A stretch of 56,631 nt of DNA, counting the filler, from Jimgerdemannia flammicorona (taxonomy: Eukaryota): NCBI GenBank assembly GCA_003990765.1. It is 3 parts of 3 records of this genome, joined end to end, with 100 filler letters (N's around TTAATTAATTAA, not from the genome) between each part and the next. Parts side by side here need not be neighbours in the genome. Positions count along the whole stretch, not along the records: positions 18,914 to 37,724 come from RBNJ01002108.1; positions 37,825 to 56,631 come from RBNJ01002109.1; 1 more part is not named here. One strand, 5' to 3'. A model generated the notes under the pieces. The model saw nothing but the letters and a program-made list of their open reading frames with translations, made no database searches and was not told the DNA's origin. Below are positions 34,307-46,149 of this stretch, in pieces. A program made the position numbers and the translations under genes. The first letter of the stretch is position 1, and every line of letters starts with the position of its first letter.

Positions 34307-37300
34307 TATAATGGTGACCCCAGAATGATGACATCAGCACAGGAGACAGCCTTTCCTTACAAGCCACCAGATCAGAGCACAAGAAGATCATATAGCATAT
34401 GAGATGAGCAATGATAACCAACTGTGAGTCATTGTGACCACAGCACAAGTATCCTGAAGAATATAAAAGAAGGATCAAGGAACTGCAGTAGCAGCAACTA
34501 ACAAGAACCACCAATCCCAAAATAGTCAAAGACTTACCATAAACAAAATGCCTACTGCCCACCAAACCTCAAGGTCAAGGAATTACCAAGATATCTCAGT
34601 CAAGGAAAGGATGTTCCAAGACATCAGAAGAGCTATGAGGACCCACTCAAGAAGGACTTCTAGTATTAATCTGGGTACTACAGACTCTTATTACTTCATT
34701 CTCTACTGTCATGAAATGGAAACAAGGATCACTATTGCTACCGAATGCCTCCAAATGTGGCAGGAGTATGAAATAGGAAACCTCCTCTGCTAGGAGTTCC
34801 CACAGGCCAGTACCCAAGAGCTATAAGATGTAACTTTCATGGATATATATGAAACAAGGACAGCTAAGAAGATCCATCAGATCTTCAGGCATGCACTATG
34901 GTCGATCCCCAACTTGGAGTATGTTAGGGTCTCAGACTTCAGAGACCTATCATTCCACCATATCAATGCACTAGAAGCCAGGGTGGCTACAGAAGTCCAG
35001 TCCACTATTACCCTCAACAGTGAAGAAGTAGAAGACTTCTGGCATCCTATCCTTCAGGACAATCCAGACCAATTCCTGCAAGGATTGGTCTCAGTATTCC
35101 AAGGCCCAAGCATCCAGGTTAGACACCCCACATTTGTTCCCTATTTTGTGGAAGAGAACCTCATAGACAGGAGAGCTCCAGATCTTGTTCCCGATTTTCC
35201 CACCACAGCTGAACGTGATGACATCATCCCACATGACATCAATATATGTGAGACATATAACAAAGTATGTGAAAATGATGAATTCGCAGACCTCATCTCC
35301 TTCAGTGATGATGATGATGAGGAAGAAGCTCCCATGGTCCTGAACTTTCTGCTTTAAGTTCTTTGTTACACTGGATAATACCAGCACTGGTATTCTGAGG
35401 TGATGTGATATTGTTCCAGTACTGGCATTTTGATGTGATACTAAATAATGCCAGCATCCTGAACCTATACAACCATCAGTACTGACTCTGGAACTTAGTA
35501 GTTTTAGTTATTGGAATTTATATTTAGCTTTATATCTTAGCAACCATTGAATTATATTTTGTATAAATACCCCTCTTATTTTCTCTGAAATAAAGTCAGT
35601 TCCAGTTTCACTTATATACACTTCCTTGCAAGCAATCTAAGAGATAACAAGACAGTTAAAGATAAGGAGTTTGAGAACTATAAGACCTTGGGAAGGCACT
35701 CCAATAAGAACTTGCTTATAACAACTTGAGTTAGTCTAAGAGATATACCTTGAATAGAATCTGGCATATTTGAAGGACTCAGCAACCACTACATGACAAC
35801 TTGGTACCCATTGGCTGGTGATTCAAGATGAATCCCTCACTTTCAAGCTGAAAAACGAACAACCCCCACAATAACTACCCTGACTACAAGAGTCACCCCT
35901 GCAAGAATTTAAGACAAAATGGAAATACATCTCTCTATATTCTATGGATATACTACTGAAGAGTCAATCCTGATCTTCATTGAAGACTTTGAACAATTCA
36001 CTGCCATATGAGCCCTTGGTATGGATGCTCAATTGGCCCTTCTACTAGTCAGCCTCAGAGGACCTGCTAGAGATAAGTTTAATGCAGCCACTATTGCTGG
36101 TGCTGATGCAGTCAAACTTACCAACATGAAGGCCTTCCTCAGAACAATATATTATACCAAAGAGATCAGGCAAGCTCTCAAGTATCAACTCAATACTATC
36201 TGCCAGGGACTTAGTGAAGATCCCAACTTATTCTATACCTGAATCTGCCACCAGATTGTCTTGGCTGGCTATGATGATGCCCTCAAGGAACAAATAGTAG
36301 ATTCAACCTTCCTCAAAGGAGTTCACCCTGAAATTGCCCTAGCAATCTGGTCTACCCTAGCTGCACTGACCCTTGATCAGAAAGTGGTCTTTGCATAGAG
36401 ATATTGGACTGCCAGACACCCTGCCAAACACTCAATGGAGAAAATAACTGGCATCAAGATGGAGCCATCAAAGCCAACTAGTATCTTACCTGCCACAGTT
36501 GTAAACAGATAACCAACCCCACCTACCCCCAAGATAGCCAAAGCTGACCCAGTGGAAGAACTTGCCAAGCAGTTCACTGAGATGACTGCACACCTCGGTG
36601 ATGTTGTTAGAGAAGTCTGAAATGCCAACAGGAGACCAGTGCAGAGATTTGCAGCTGCTATAGAAGAATGCAATATCACATACTTCAGATATGGAGAAGA
36701 AGGCCACTATGCAAAGAGTTGCATGACTGAAACGAGACACAAAGCCCAACTAAGCAATTCTAGCAGAACCAGAGAACAAACCAATGCAGTAGTCATCAAG
36801 GAGATTGGTGACACTGATGATGAAGAATACTATGAAGAGCTCGAATTCTACCCTGCTACTGAAGGTACCAGAACCCAGTCTAAGCCCTATGACAAGAAGA
36901 GCAACAGTAAGCCAGTTGGAAGACCAAAGAAGACCCCAGCTATCACTATTCAAAGTAAGACCCAACCCAAGGAGATTGATCAAGACATAGAGTTAGATGA
37001 AGCTGCCTGCCAAATTATCGAAGACACTACCCCAGTCTCAGGAGAAAGCAAGAGCAAGAAGGAACAGAAGCTGCATAAGACCAAGATCCACCAGTATGAC
37101 ATCTATAAGGACCTTAAGGAACAGAAGGTCAATGCCACTTTTGGGCAGCTAGTTGAAGTCCCTGCCTTCAGATAGCAGTTGAGAGTAGGACTTGCAACTA
37201 CCACCAAAAATCAAGAGTATAAGATTGTAGAAGCTCACAATGCACAGGAAGAATCCAAGAACTCAGGTGAAGAATCCGAAGACCAGCACAAGACATCAGC

Positions 37301-37724
37301 CTATACCCTATGTCAGATTGAAGATTGTATCTTTGATGCCATCATTGATACTAGTGCTGGAGGATGCCTCATGAGCAAGAAGACAATTGACTGCCTAGGA
37401 TAGGACATTGAAGAGTCCACCAAAATGGTCTATGTTATAGCAGATGATACACGAGCTACCCCCCTTGGCAAAATCTGAGAAGTCCCCATCAAGATAGGAG
37501 GAGCTACCATCTCAGTAGATATGATTGTTACAAGTACCACCAACTATGACATCCTCATTGGCAACTAATGCCTTCACAAGGCCAAGGCCATCATTGATCT
37601 CAATGCCCAGAAGATATAGATCAACTACAGAGGAAGAAAGGTACAAGTCTCTATCAATGTCCACAAAGGAGTCCTACCAGACATGGAGGAAGGAGATGAA
37701 GAAGACACAGAGGTCTTCATGCAC
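34307..37724 (+). mobile_element. Ty3/Gypsy family B copy 1: ~1.49-kb 5' LTR (34307-35798), PBS, gag, protease; truncated by gap
   Basis: Homology to copy 2 starts exactly at T(G>A)TAAT and the LTR ends ..catgaca followed by acttggtaccc. gag is homologous to family A; IIDTSAGG protease motif. Confidence 0.88.
34548..35357 (+). pseudogene. ~270-codon accessory ORF inside family B LTR, homolog of the family A 139-aa ORF
   Basis: One frame with two stops (TAG 34791, TAA 34824). The first stop is Gln in copy 2. Motif AKKIHQIFR..IPNLEYVRVSDFRDLSFHH; acidic C-terminus. Confidence 0.72.
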
Positions 37725-37824
37725 NNNNNNNNNNNNNNNNNNNNNNNNNNNNNNNNNNNNNNNNNNNNTTAATTAATTAANNNNNNNNNNNNNNNNNNNN
37801 NNNNNNNNNNNNNNNNNNNNNNNN
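37725..37824. other. Assembly gap with artificial TTAATTAATTAA spacer
   Basis: 44 N + TTAATTAATTAA + 44 N. Confidence 0.97.
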
Positions 37825-40800
37825 TCAATATAGACAAAGAGCTATTTTCCAATCTTATTGCTGAAGACTCTATTCATCATTTGCTGAAAACTTGTTAGGA
37901 TATTGTATATTCCAAATAGTATTCACAGATAGATATAGATAGTATCAGGTGTGATAAAGGCTGATTTCACACTGACATCTTGAGTGAGACCAATCTGATG
38001 GAAGTCTGAGAACAGATCCAAGGTAGTGTAGTATTTGGCTTCACTTCCAAGAGTGGTAAGGATTTCTTGAATATTTGGCAAGGGCTGCCTATCCTTCTTG
38101 GTGATTGCATTGAGCTTTCTGTAGTCAATATAGAGTTTTGGGGCAAACTCTCCAGGCTTGCTTTCTTTCTTTGGGGCAAGGACAATAGATAAAGCCCAGT
38201 GACTGATAGCTTGCTTGATAATTCTGGCTTCTTCCATTTCCTTGAGTTCTGCTTGCAGCCATTCTCTATAGGCAGGTGGTATAGGTCTGACTTTCTGATA
38301 AATGGACTTGGTATCACTAGTGTCAACTTTATAATAGTACTTAGGTTCTTGATTGTGGATATCTCTGAAGTCTGTAGCAAGTACTTCTTTATTCTGGTGC
38401 AGAATCTTGAGAAGTTGTTCTTCCAGGGGAAAGTTTTCTCCAATAGTATATGTGTGCTTATTCTGGTCTCTGTCTTTCTTGTACTCAAGTTCAGTAATCT
38501 TGGTGGCAGCATAGGCTCCTCTTCTAGTAAATCCAAAGCCTTGTTCTCCTCTCTTGGTCTTGATGAGTTTGATGGCTTCAGTGATCTTAGGCTTCTTGAT
38601 TTTGTGGATCAGCATCTGGCTAATCCTGTCATGCTTCTTGACTTCAAATGGGGTAGTGGGGTTGTAATTCCTAACTATGAGAAAGATCTCACCAGTGTAA
38701 TCAGGGTCAATTACTCCTCCTTTAACTGAGATTTCACTTTTGGCCAGACTACTCCTGGTCTTGATAATTCTAGCATAGTTCTCTAGTAGCTTGACTTCAA
38801 TTCTAGTACCAAGTAGAGTAGTAGTCTGTGGTTTGAGGATAGTATCTTGAATACTAGTAAGATCTATTCCTATGGCTCCTTCAGTCTTGTATTCTAGGAT
38901 CTTAGCTTTGGGGTGAAACTTCTTAACCTTGAGAGTAATGTCTAGTTCTTGTTCCTCCTCATTATCACTATCAGCTTGCAGCTCTAGGGGCTAGTCATCT
39001 TCTTCAGCTTTTCTTTTTGCTTCAGTGGCTTCTTGCTCATGCTTCTGTTGGCAGATTTTCCTAACTTCACTGATACAGAACCAGTAGTCATTTAGGTGTT
39101 CAGAGTAGTACATCCTAGTATCATAGGGACATCTTCCTTGAGGGGCATAGCCATTAATGATCTTATTATACCACTGCTCATCTGTGAGCTTGGGTGTCTT
39201 GTTCTTATTCTTATTCACTGAGTATATGAAGACTTCTGTGTTCTCTTCATTTCCTTTCTCCATGTCTGGTAGAACTCCTTTGTGGACATCGATAGAGACT
39301 TGTACCTTTCTTCCTCTATAGTTGATCTGTATCTTCTGGGCATTGAGGTCAATGATGGCCTTGGCCTTGTGAAGCCATTGGTTGCCAATGAGGATATAAT
39401 AGTTGGTGGTGCTTATAACAATTACATCTACTAGGATGGTAGCTCCTCCTATCTTAATGGAGACTTCTTGGATTTTGCCAAGGGGGGTAGCTCATGTACC
39501 ATCTGCTGTGATACAGATCATCTTGGTGGACTCTTCAATGTTCTAGCCTAAGTGGTCAATTGTCTTCTTGCTTATGAGACATCCTCCAGCACCAGTATCA
39601 ATAATGGCATCAAAGATACAATCTTTGATCTGATATGGAGTATAGGCTGATGTTTTGTGCTGGTCTTCAGATTCTTCATCTGAGTATTCTTGATCATCTT
39701 CTTATGCATTGTGAGCTTCTACAATCTTATACTCTTGATTCTTGGCAGTAGTTGCAAGTCCTACTCTTAACTGCTGTCTGAAGGCAGAGACTTCAGCTAA
39801 CTGTCCAAAAGTAGCATTGACCTTCTGTTCCTTGAGGTTCTTATAGATATCATACTGGTGAATCTTGGTCTTGCACAGCTTCTGTTCCTTCTTACTTTTG
39901 CTTTCTTCTGAGACTAGAGTAGTGTCTTCAATGATTTGGCAGGTAGCTTTATCTAACTCCATATCTTAATCAATCTCCTTGGATTGGGTCTTGCTTTGAA
40001 TAGTGACAGCTGAGATCTTCTTTGATCTTCCAACTGGCTTGCTGTTGCTCTTCTTATCATAGGACTTGAACTGGGTTCTGGTACCTTCAGTAGTAGAGTA
40101 GAATTCAAGCTCTTTATAGTATTCTTCATCATCAGTGTCACCAATCTCCTTGATAACTACTGCATTGGTTTGTTCTCTGGTTCTGATAGCATTACTTAGT
40201 TGGGCTTTGTGTCTTGTTTCAGTCATGCAACTCTTTGCATAGTAGCCTTCTTCTCCATATCTGAAGCATATGATATTGTATTCTTCTATAGCAGCTGCAA
40301 ATCTCTGCACTAGTCTTCTATTGGCACTTCAGACTTCTCTAATGACATCATTAAGATATGCAGTCATCTTGGTAAACTGCTTGACAAGTTCCTCCACTGG
40401 GTCAGCTTTGGCTACCTTAGGAGTAGGTAGAGATGGTTGTCTGTTTACAACTATGGTGGGTATGATACTAGTTGACTTTGATGGCTCTATCTTGATGTCA
40501 GTTATTTTCTCTATTGAGTGTTTGGTAGGGTGTCTGGCAGTTCAATATCTCTGTGCAAAGACCACTTTCTGATCAAGGGTCAGTACAGCTAGGGTAGACC
40601 AGATTGCTAGGGCAATTTCAGAGTAAACTCCTTTGAGGAAGATTGAATCTGCTATTTGTTCCTTGAGGTAGTCATCATAGCCAGCCAAGACAATCTGGTG
40701 GCAGATTCAGATATAGAATGAGTTGAGATATTCACTGAGTCTCTGGCAGATAGTATTGAGTTGATCCTTGAGAGCTTACTTGATCTCTTCAGTATAGTAT

Positions 40801-42999
40801 ATAGTTCTGAAAAAGGCCTCATATTGGCAAGTCTGGCTGCACTAGCATCAGTAATAGTGGCTGTATTGAACTTATCTCTGGCAGGTCCTCTGTGGCTAAC
40901 TGGTAGAAGGGCTAATTGTGTATCTATATTGAGAACTCATATCCCTTTGTCTGTAGATAAGATCATCTTTTAAAATCATTTAGCAGACAAATTAAAGTTT
41001 GAAAAAAATGATTTTTTGAAACATTGTTTTTCTGTTAAAAATATATCTCAATTTGTTTAAAAACAATTTTTTTTTTTTTTGTAAAATTTTTACCAAAGGT
41101 AGAATTATTATATAAAAAATTATTGGTAAATTTTTTTTTAAAAGCTATTATGATTTTAAAAGTTATAAACTTTTAAAATCTTGCCTCTAAATATAGGTGT
41201 AAAATAGTTAAAGGGATAGCAGCAAATTGTTCAAAGTCTTCAATAAAGGTCAGAATTAACTCTTCAGTAGTATATTCATAGAATATAGGGGGATACATTT
41301 CTATCTTATCTTGAATTCTTACAAGAGTGACTCTTGTAGTCAGGTAGTTATTGTGGTAGTTGTTCGTTTTTCAGCTTGAAAGTAAGGGATTCATCTTGAA
41401 TCACTAGCTAATAGGCACCAAGTTGTTATATAGTAGTTGCTGAGTCCTTCAAATATGTCAGATTCTCTTTAAGATATATCTCTTAGACTAACTCAAGTTT
41501 ATTATAAGCAAGTTCTTATTGAAGTACCTTTCCAAGGTCTTATAGTCCTCAAACTTCTTATCTTTAAACTGTCTTGTTATCTCTTTAGATTACTTACAAG
41601 AGATTGTATATAAGTGAACTAGAACTGACTTTATTTCAGAGAAAATAAGAAGAGTATTTATACAAAATATAATTCAATAGTTGCTAAGATATAAAGCTAA
41701 ATATAAATTTCAATAACTAAATAAAAATACTGGAATACAAAAAACTACTAAGTTTCAGAGTCGACATAGATAGTTGTACAGATTCAGAATACTGGTATAA
41801 TTTCAGTAATATAGGAAAATGGTGCTGGAATAATTCTGAGTTACACAAGGTCAGAATGCTGATAGAGGAATAGCTGTTATATAGAAAAAGGATGCTGGTA
41901 TAACTCAGTATAACTAAGGGACTTAGAGCAGAATGTTCAGAACTATGGGGGCTTCATCCTCATTGTTACTGAAGGAGATGAGGTCTATGAACATTTCATC
42001 TATCTTATTATATAAGTTGTGCATTTCATATACTTCATGTATATTGTGCAAGATGACATCATTACCAATGATATCATCACATTCAGTAGCAGCAGGAATA
42101 AGGAGATCTGGGGCTCTCTAGTCTATGAGGTTCTCTTTCACAAAATAGGGAATAAATGTAGGGTCTTGGGGAGGTCTAACCTGAATACTTGGGCCTTGAA
42201 ATAATGAGATCAATTCTTGCAGGAATTGATCTAGATTGTTCTGAAGAATGGGATGCTAGAAGTCTTCTATTTCATCACTATTGAGAGTGATAGTGGACTG
42301 GGCTTCTGTAGCCACTCTGGCTTCTAGTACATTGATACAGTGGGCTGACAGGTCTTTGAAGTCTGAGACTCTAATATACTCTAAGTTGGGGGTTGACTAT
42401 AGTGTATGTCTGAAGATCTAATAAATCTTCTTAGCTATATATATCTATGGAAGTAGTATCTTATAACTCTTGAGAGCTGGTCTGTGGGAACTCTTGGTAG
42501 AGAAGATTTCTTATTTCATACTTCTGCCACATTTGGAGGTATTTGGTAGCAATAGTGATCCTTGTTTCTATTTTACAGTAGTAGAGAATAAAGTGATAAG
42601 GATCTCCAGTACTCAGGTTGAGGCTAAGAGTCCTTCTTGTGCAGGTCCTCATGGCTCTTCTGATGTCTTGGAATATTCTTTCTTCAACTGAGATATCTTA
42701 GTAGTTTCTTAACCTTGAGGTTTGGCAAGCAGCAGCATTTTGTTTATAGTAAGTCTTTGAGCTATTTTGGGATTAGTGGGGTTTGTTAAGTTACTGCCAC
42801 TGTAGTTCCTTAATCTTTCTTTTATATTCCTCAAGATACCTGTACTGTGGTCACAATGACTCACAGTTGGTCATCATTACTCATCTCATAGTCTGAGTGA
42901 GTTACATATACTGTATGATCTTCTTGTGCTCTGATCTGGTAGCTTGCAGGGAAAAGCTATCTCTTATGCTGATATCATCATTCTGAGGTCACTATTACA
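37825..42999 (-). mobile_element. Ty3/Gypsy family B copy 2: 5' LTR (41424-42999) with ORF relic (41923-42738), gag, PR, Cys/His module, dUTPase (~38520-38940), start of RT; truncated by gap
   Basis: Inverted homolog of 34307-37724. dUTPase TRSSLAK, GVIDPDYTGEI, DRI, RGEQGFG; RT IDYRKLN, LDLFSDFHQI. Confidence 0.9.
40943..41215. mobile_element. ~273-bp MITE with CCCTTT..AAAGGG termini and 2-bp AT TSD, inserted in family B gag
   Basis: Absent from copy 1. Removing it plus one AT gives ctcatatagcag, colinear with ctcatatggcag (reverse complement of copy 1). Confidence 0.8.
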
Positions 43000-43790
43000 A
43001 TATATATATTGATAATTACTTGCTCTCTCTCTTCAATAAATTGCTTTTTTCAGCCTTGATCTTTATGATATTAAAGCTTTAATCATAGATCTAAAACTGA
43101 TCAGACATCTAAATTGTAATTAGAATAATGAAACTTCTTATTTTAATTTATAGAAAGTAATACTTGACTCACTAGTACTTATAAAAAATACAGAAACATC
43201 TGTTTTTGAGTAATATTTTTTAAGCTTCTTCAGAGCTATATTAATGGTTTTCTTTTGCCTCAAGAGAGATATATGATTATTCTCTAATAAGTTTAATAGG
43301 TCCTCAAGTTGATCAATCAAGAGATTATATATCAGAATTATAGAATATATTATTGGAAAATTTTACCAAACAACTTCTTTTATATATTTATTAAAATACT
43401 AAAGTAAAATAAAAAGTAAAAGTATAAAAAGAATGAGCAAAATAATACTAAATCAATAAAAATACTGATAAGTACTCCTCTACTCACTTACAAAACTTTA
43501 ATAACTTCTCTTAATTTCTCTTACTCACTCTCCTCAATTACTATATCTTGTATTTCTCTGTCTACAACAGCAGTAGAATCTAGTATCTGAATTATATTTG
43601 AATAAGTTAATATTAGTTAATAAGTCTGATACTATTCTCTAATATTATTATTAATAATCTATTATAGTAAGTATTAGTACATATTCAATTATTGTAAATA
43701 TCAAGTTCCAATATATACTAATATCCAAAATAAGTTCTTTTAGAGTAAGATTGATTGCTTTTATAATAACTCTTATTTCTATACCTCTCT
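43000..43790 (-). mobile_element. hAT-type transposase relic with introns
   Basis: Eroded hAT motifs: LDISIYWNLI (LDxxTRWNST), YNLLIDQLE, ALKKLKKYYSKT, and after an apparent intron VLDL*LK (VLDPRxK). Confidence 0.65.
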
Positions 43791-44443
43791 TATCTCTTGG
43801 ATAATTAGAGAAACTAAGAACTTAGTATATAATATATACTAAGAAACTTTTAGTATGAGAAAGTATTTGCTTGAAAGTAGTTATAGCAGCAGTATTCTTC
43901 TTATCAACTATGGTTATAAGGAACTTGTTCTTTGCTATATACAGACTGCATTTGCTTTAGAATTTAGATTCAATAGGTTTACTTAAGTCTTTGGGATTTA
44001 TATACCAGTCTCAGTTCTGGTAGAAGTTAGCTAGGCTTTTGGAGTTTAGTTAGAAATATTAGAGTCACTTAGATATTATTACTAAGACTCAGGGGAATAG
44101 ATGTATAGAAGAGACTTAATTTTTATATCAAGAACTAAACTAAAACTATCTTTATTTTAGATAGAAACTAGGAGATATTTATATAAGTTGGTCTACAATT
44201 TCTGACTAAGTATAAGTAACTAATTTGGTAACTATGGTGAGATTTGTGATCAAGATCTCTATTTCTAGATAATGATCAGTACTAGTTGCTATGATACCAA
44301 TTGCTAGAGATAAACTGGATATTATTTATTTACATTATTTATATCATTTGCTACATTCATCATTCATATATCATATATCATATATCATGCTCAATTATGA
44401 CATTATTACTAGATCACATAATTACTCATTATTATATATTATG

Positions 44444-44543
<100 letters not shown>

Positions 44544-46149
44544 GGATTATATGTCATGTCTCATTTATCTATCTTGTTCATTCTATTACATTCTTTCTCT
44601 CTTAAAAATCAATATTCTTATTGATTTGGAAATTGAGAACTAGGGAAGAAAAAGGTGGAGAATTCTTCTCAATATTATTGCTATTTCTACCAATAGTTGG
44701 AGAAGTAGTTGCTAATAGCTTAATATTAAGAATGGAGAAGTCAATGAGGTCTGCAAATAGTTCTTGAACTGATATAAGCAGTAGAGTAGAAGTTCTTCAT
44801 CTAATATAGTTGGGGCCATCTAAGTAGAGTTCTTAATTCTTATACTAAAGATATCTATTTAGATAGACAGTTCTTTAAAGAGATTAAAGAGGCCTTAGAG
44901 TCATTGATCTAGGTTGTCATTCAAGAGAAGGCTCCAGTAGGGTTTGTAGTTAGTAGATTTGAGAGTAATCCAGAAGTTAACTTCTTGGATAACCTTGATT
45001 TCCAGTTCATCAATCTTAGGAAAGAGAGGTTCTAGAAGTTCTTCAGTTATATATAATTGAGATTGGAAATTGCAAAAGGTATATGGTATATGATTTGATA
45101 GATCTTCTTGACTAGTCTTTAATTATACCTGTTCAGATTAGTCTAGTCTGAGACCTGATCAATAGATAGGCCATTTGTATATTGAAGAAGTTGATGGCCA
45201 ATTTCATATTCATATTAGATTTCTAGATAGTTGGTAGCAAAGTAGGCTCTTTCTATGACTTTGTAGTAGTTGAGAACATAATGTCCTAGATTCTGACTAG
45301 TGAGATTAAGAGCCTCAGAGTAGTGGTTTTTTTCTTAGATAGTAATCTGGATGTCCAAAGAGACAGTCAACCTGACTTGGGAGGGGCTGACTATAGCAGA
45401 CTATTTGGTGGCAAGTAGCAGGCATTCTTATCTTGTCTTTTTTTAGAAGAAAGAGAGGGGAATGAGAGTTGTAGTATATTCTTACTCTGGATATTTATAC
45501 TTATTCATCTGTTTGATATGACTTCATTTTGATCACATTTCTAGAGAAATGTATGATCTATTACTATAAGCAGAACATGTGCTAGTTATATGAGAAAAGT
45601 TCTGATTTTGAAGATATCATCACATTGTAGTTATAGTTATATAGGATTGATAGATCTTAGTCTTCTTTTTTTTTTATCTTATTGGTGTATTTGCAAGGAC
45701 TGGCCATTCTTATCTAGAGTGAAAGCTCTCATTGTTACAGCTGGGGGTTCAAATCTCTTGGAAATAGTATTTCTTATAATCTGAGACAATTTCTAATAAT
45801 AATATCTGTCATGTAGACAGACTGAGATTGGTTTCAATATTGTCAGCTTTTTTAAGTTTTATATGAAGTATCTGTCATCCTTTAGTAGAGATGATACAGA
45901 TAGTATGAAACAGAGTTATTTAAATACATTTTGCTATATCTTACTAATTTATTCTTTACTTGAGTATTCTCTTATTGATTAATTATAGTATTCCTTTTTC
46001 TATAATATTCAGTATTATATATCTCATATAAATATATGGTATCTTCTTCCTTTACTATATACTCTAGGTTTTAGAGCTATAGTTCTTTTCTCTGTTATGA
46101 GATGAGTATTTCCATATAGTCCTGGAGGGCTTCACATATATTCTCTAGT

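Noticed and set aside
34307..42999. Apparent giant inverted repeat or TIR element
   Set aside because: These are two diverged family B LTR copies on separate contigs joined by a gap; their orientation may be a scaffolding artefact.
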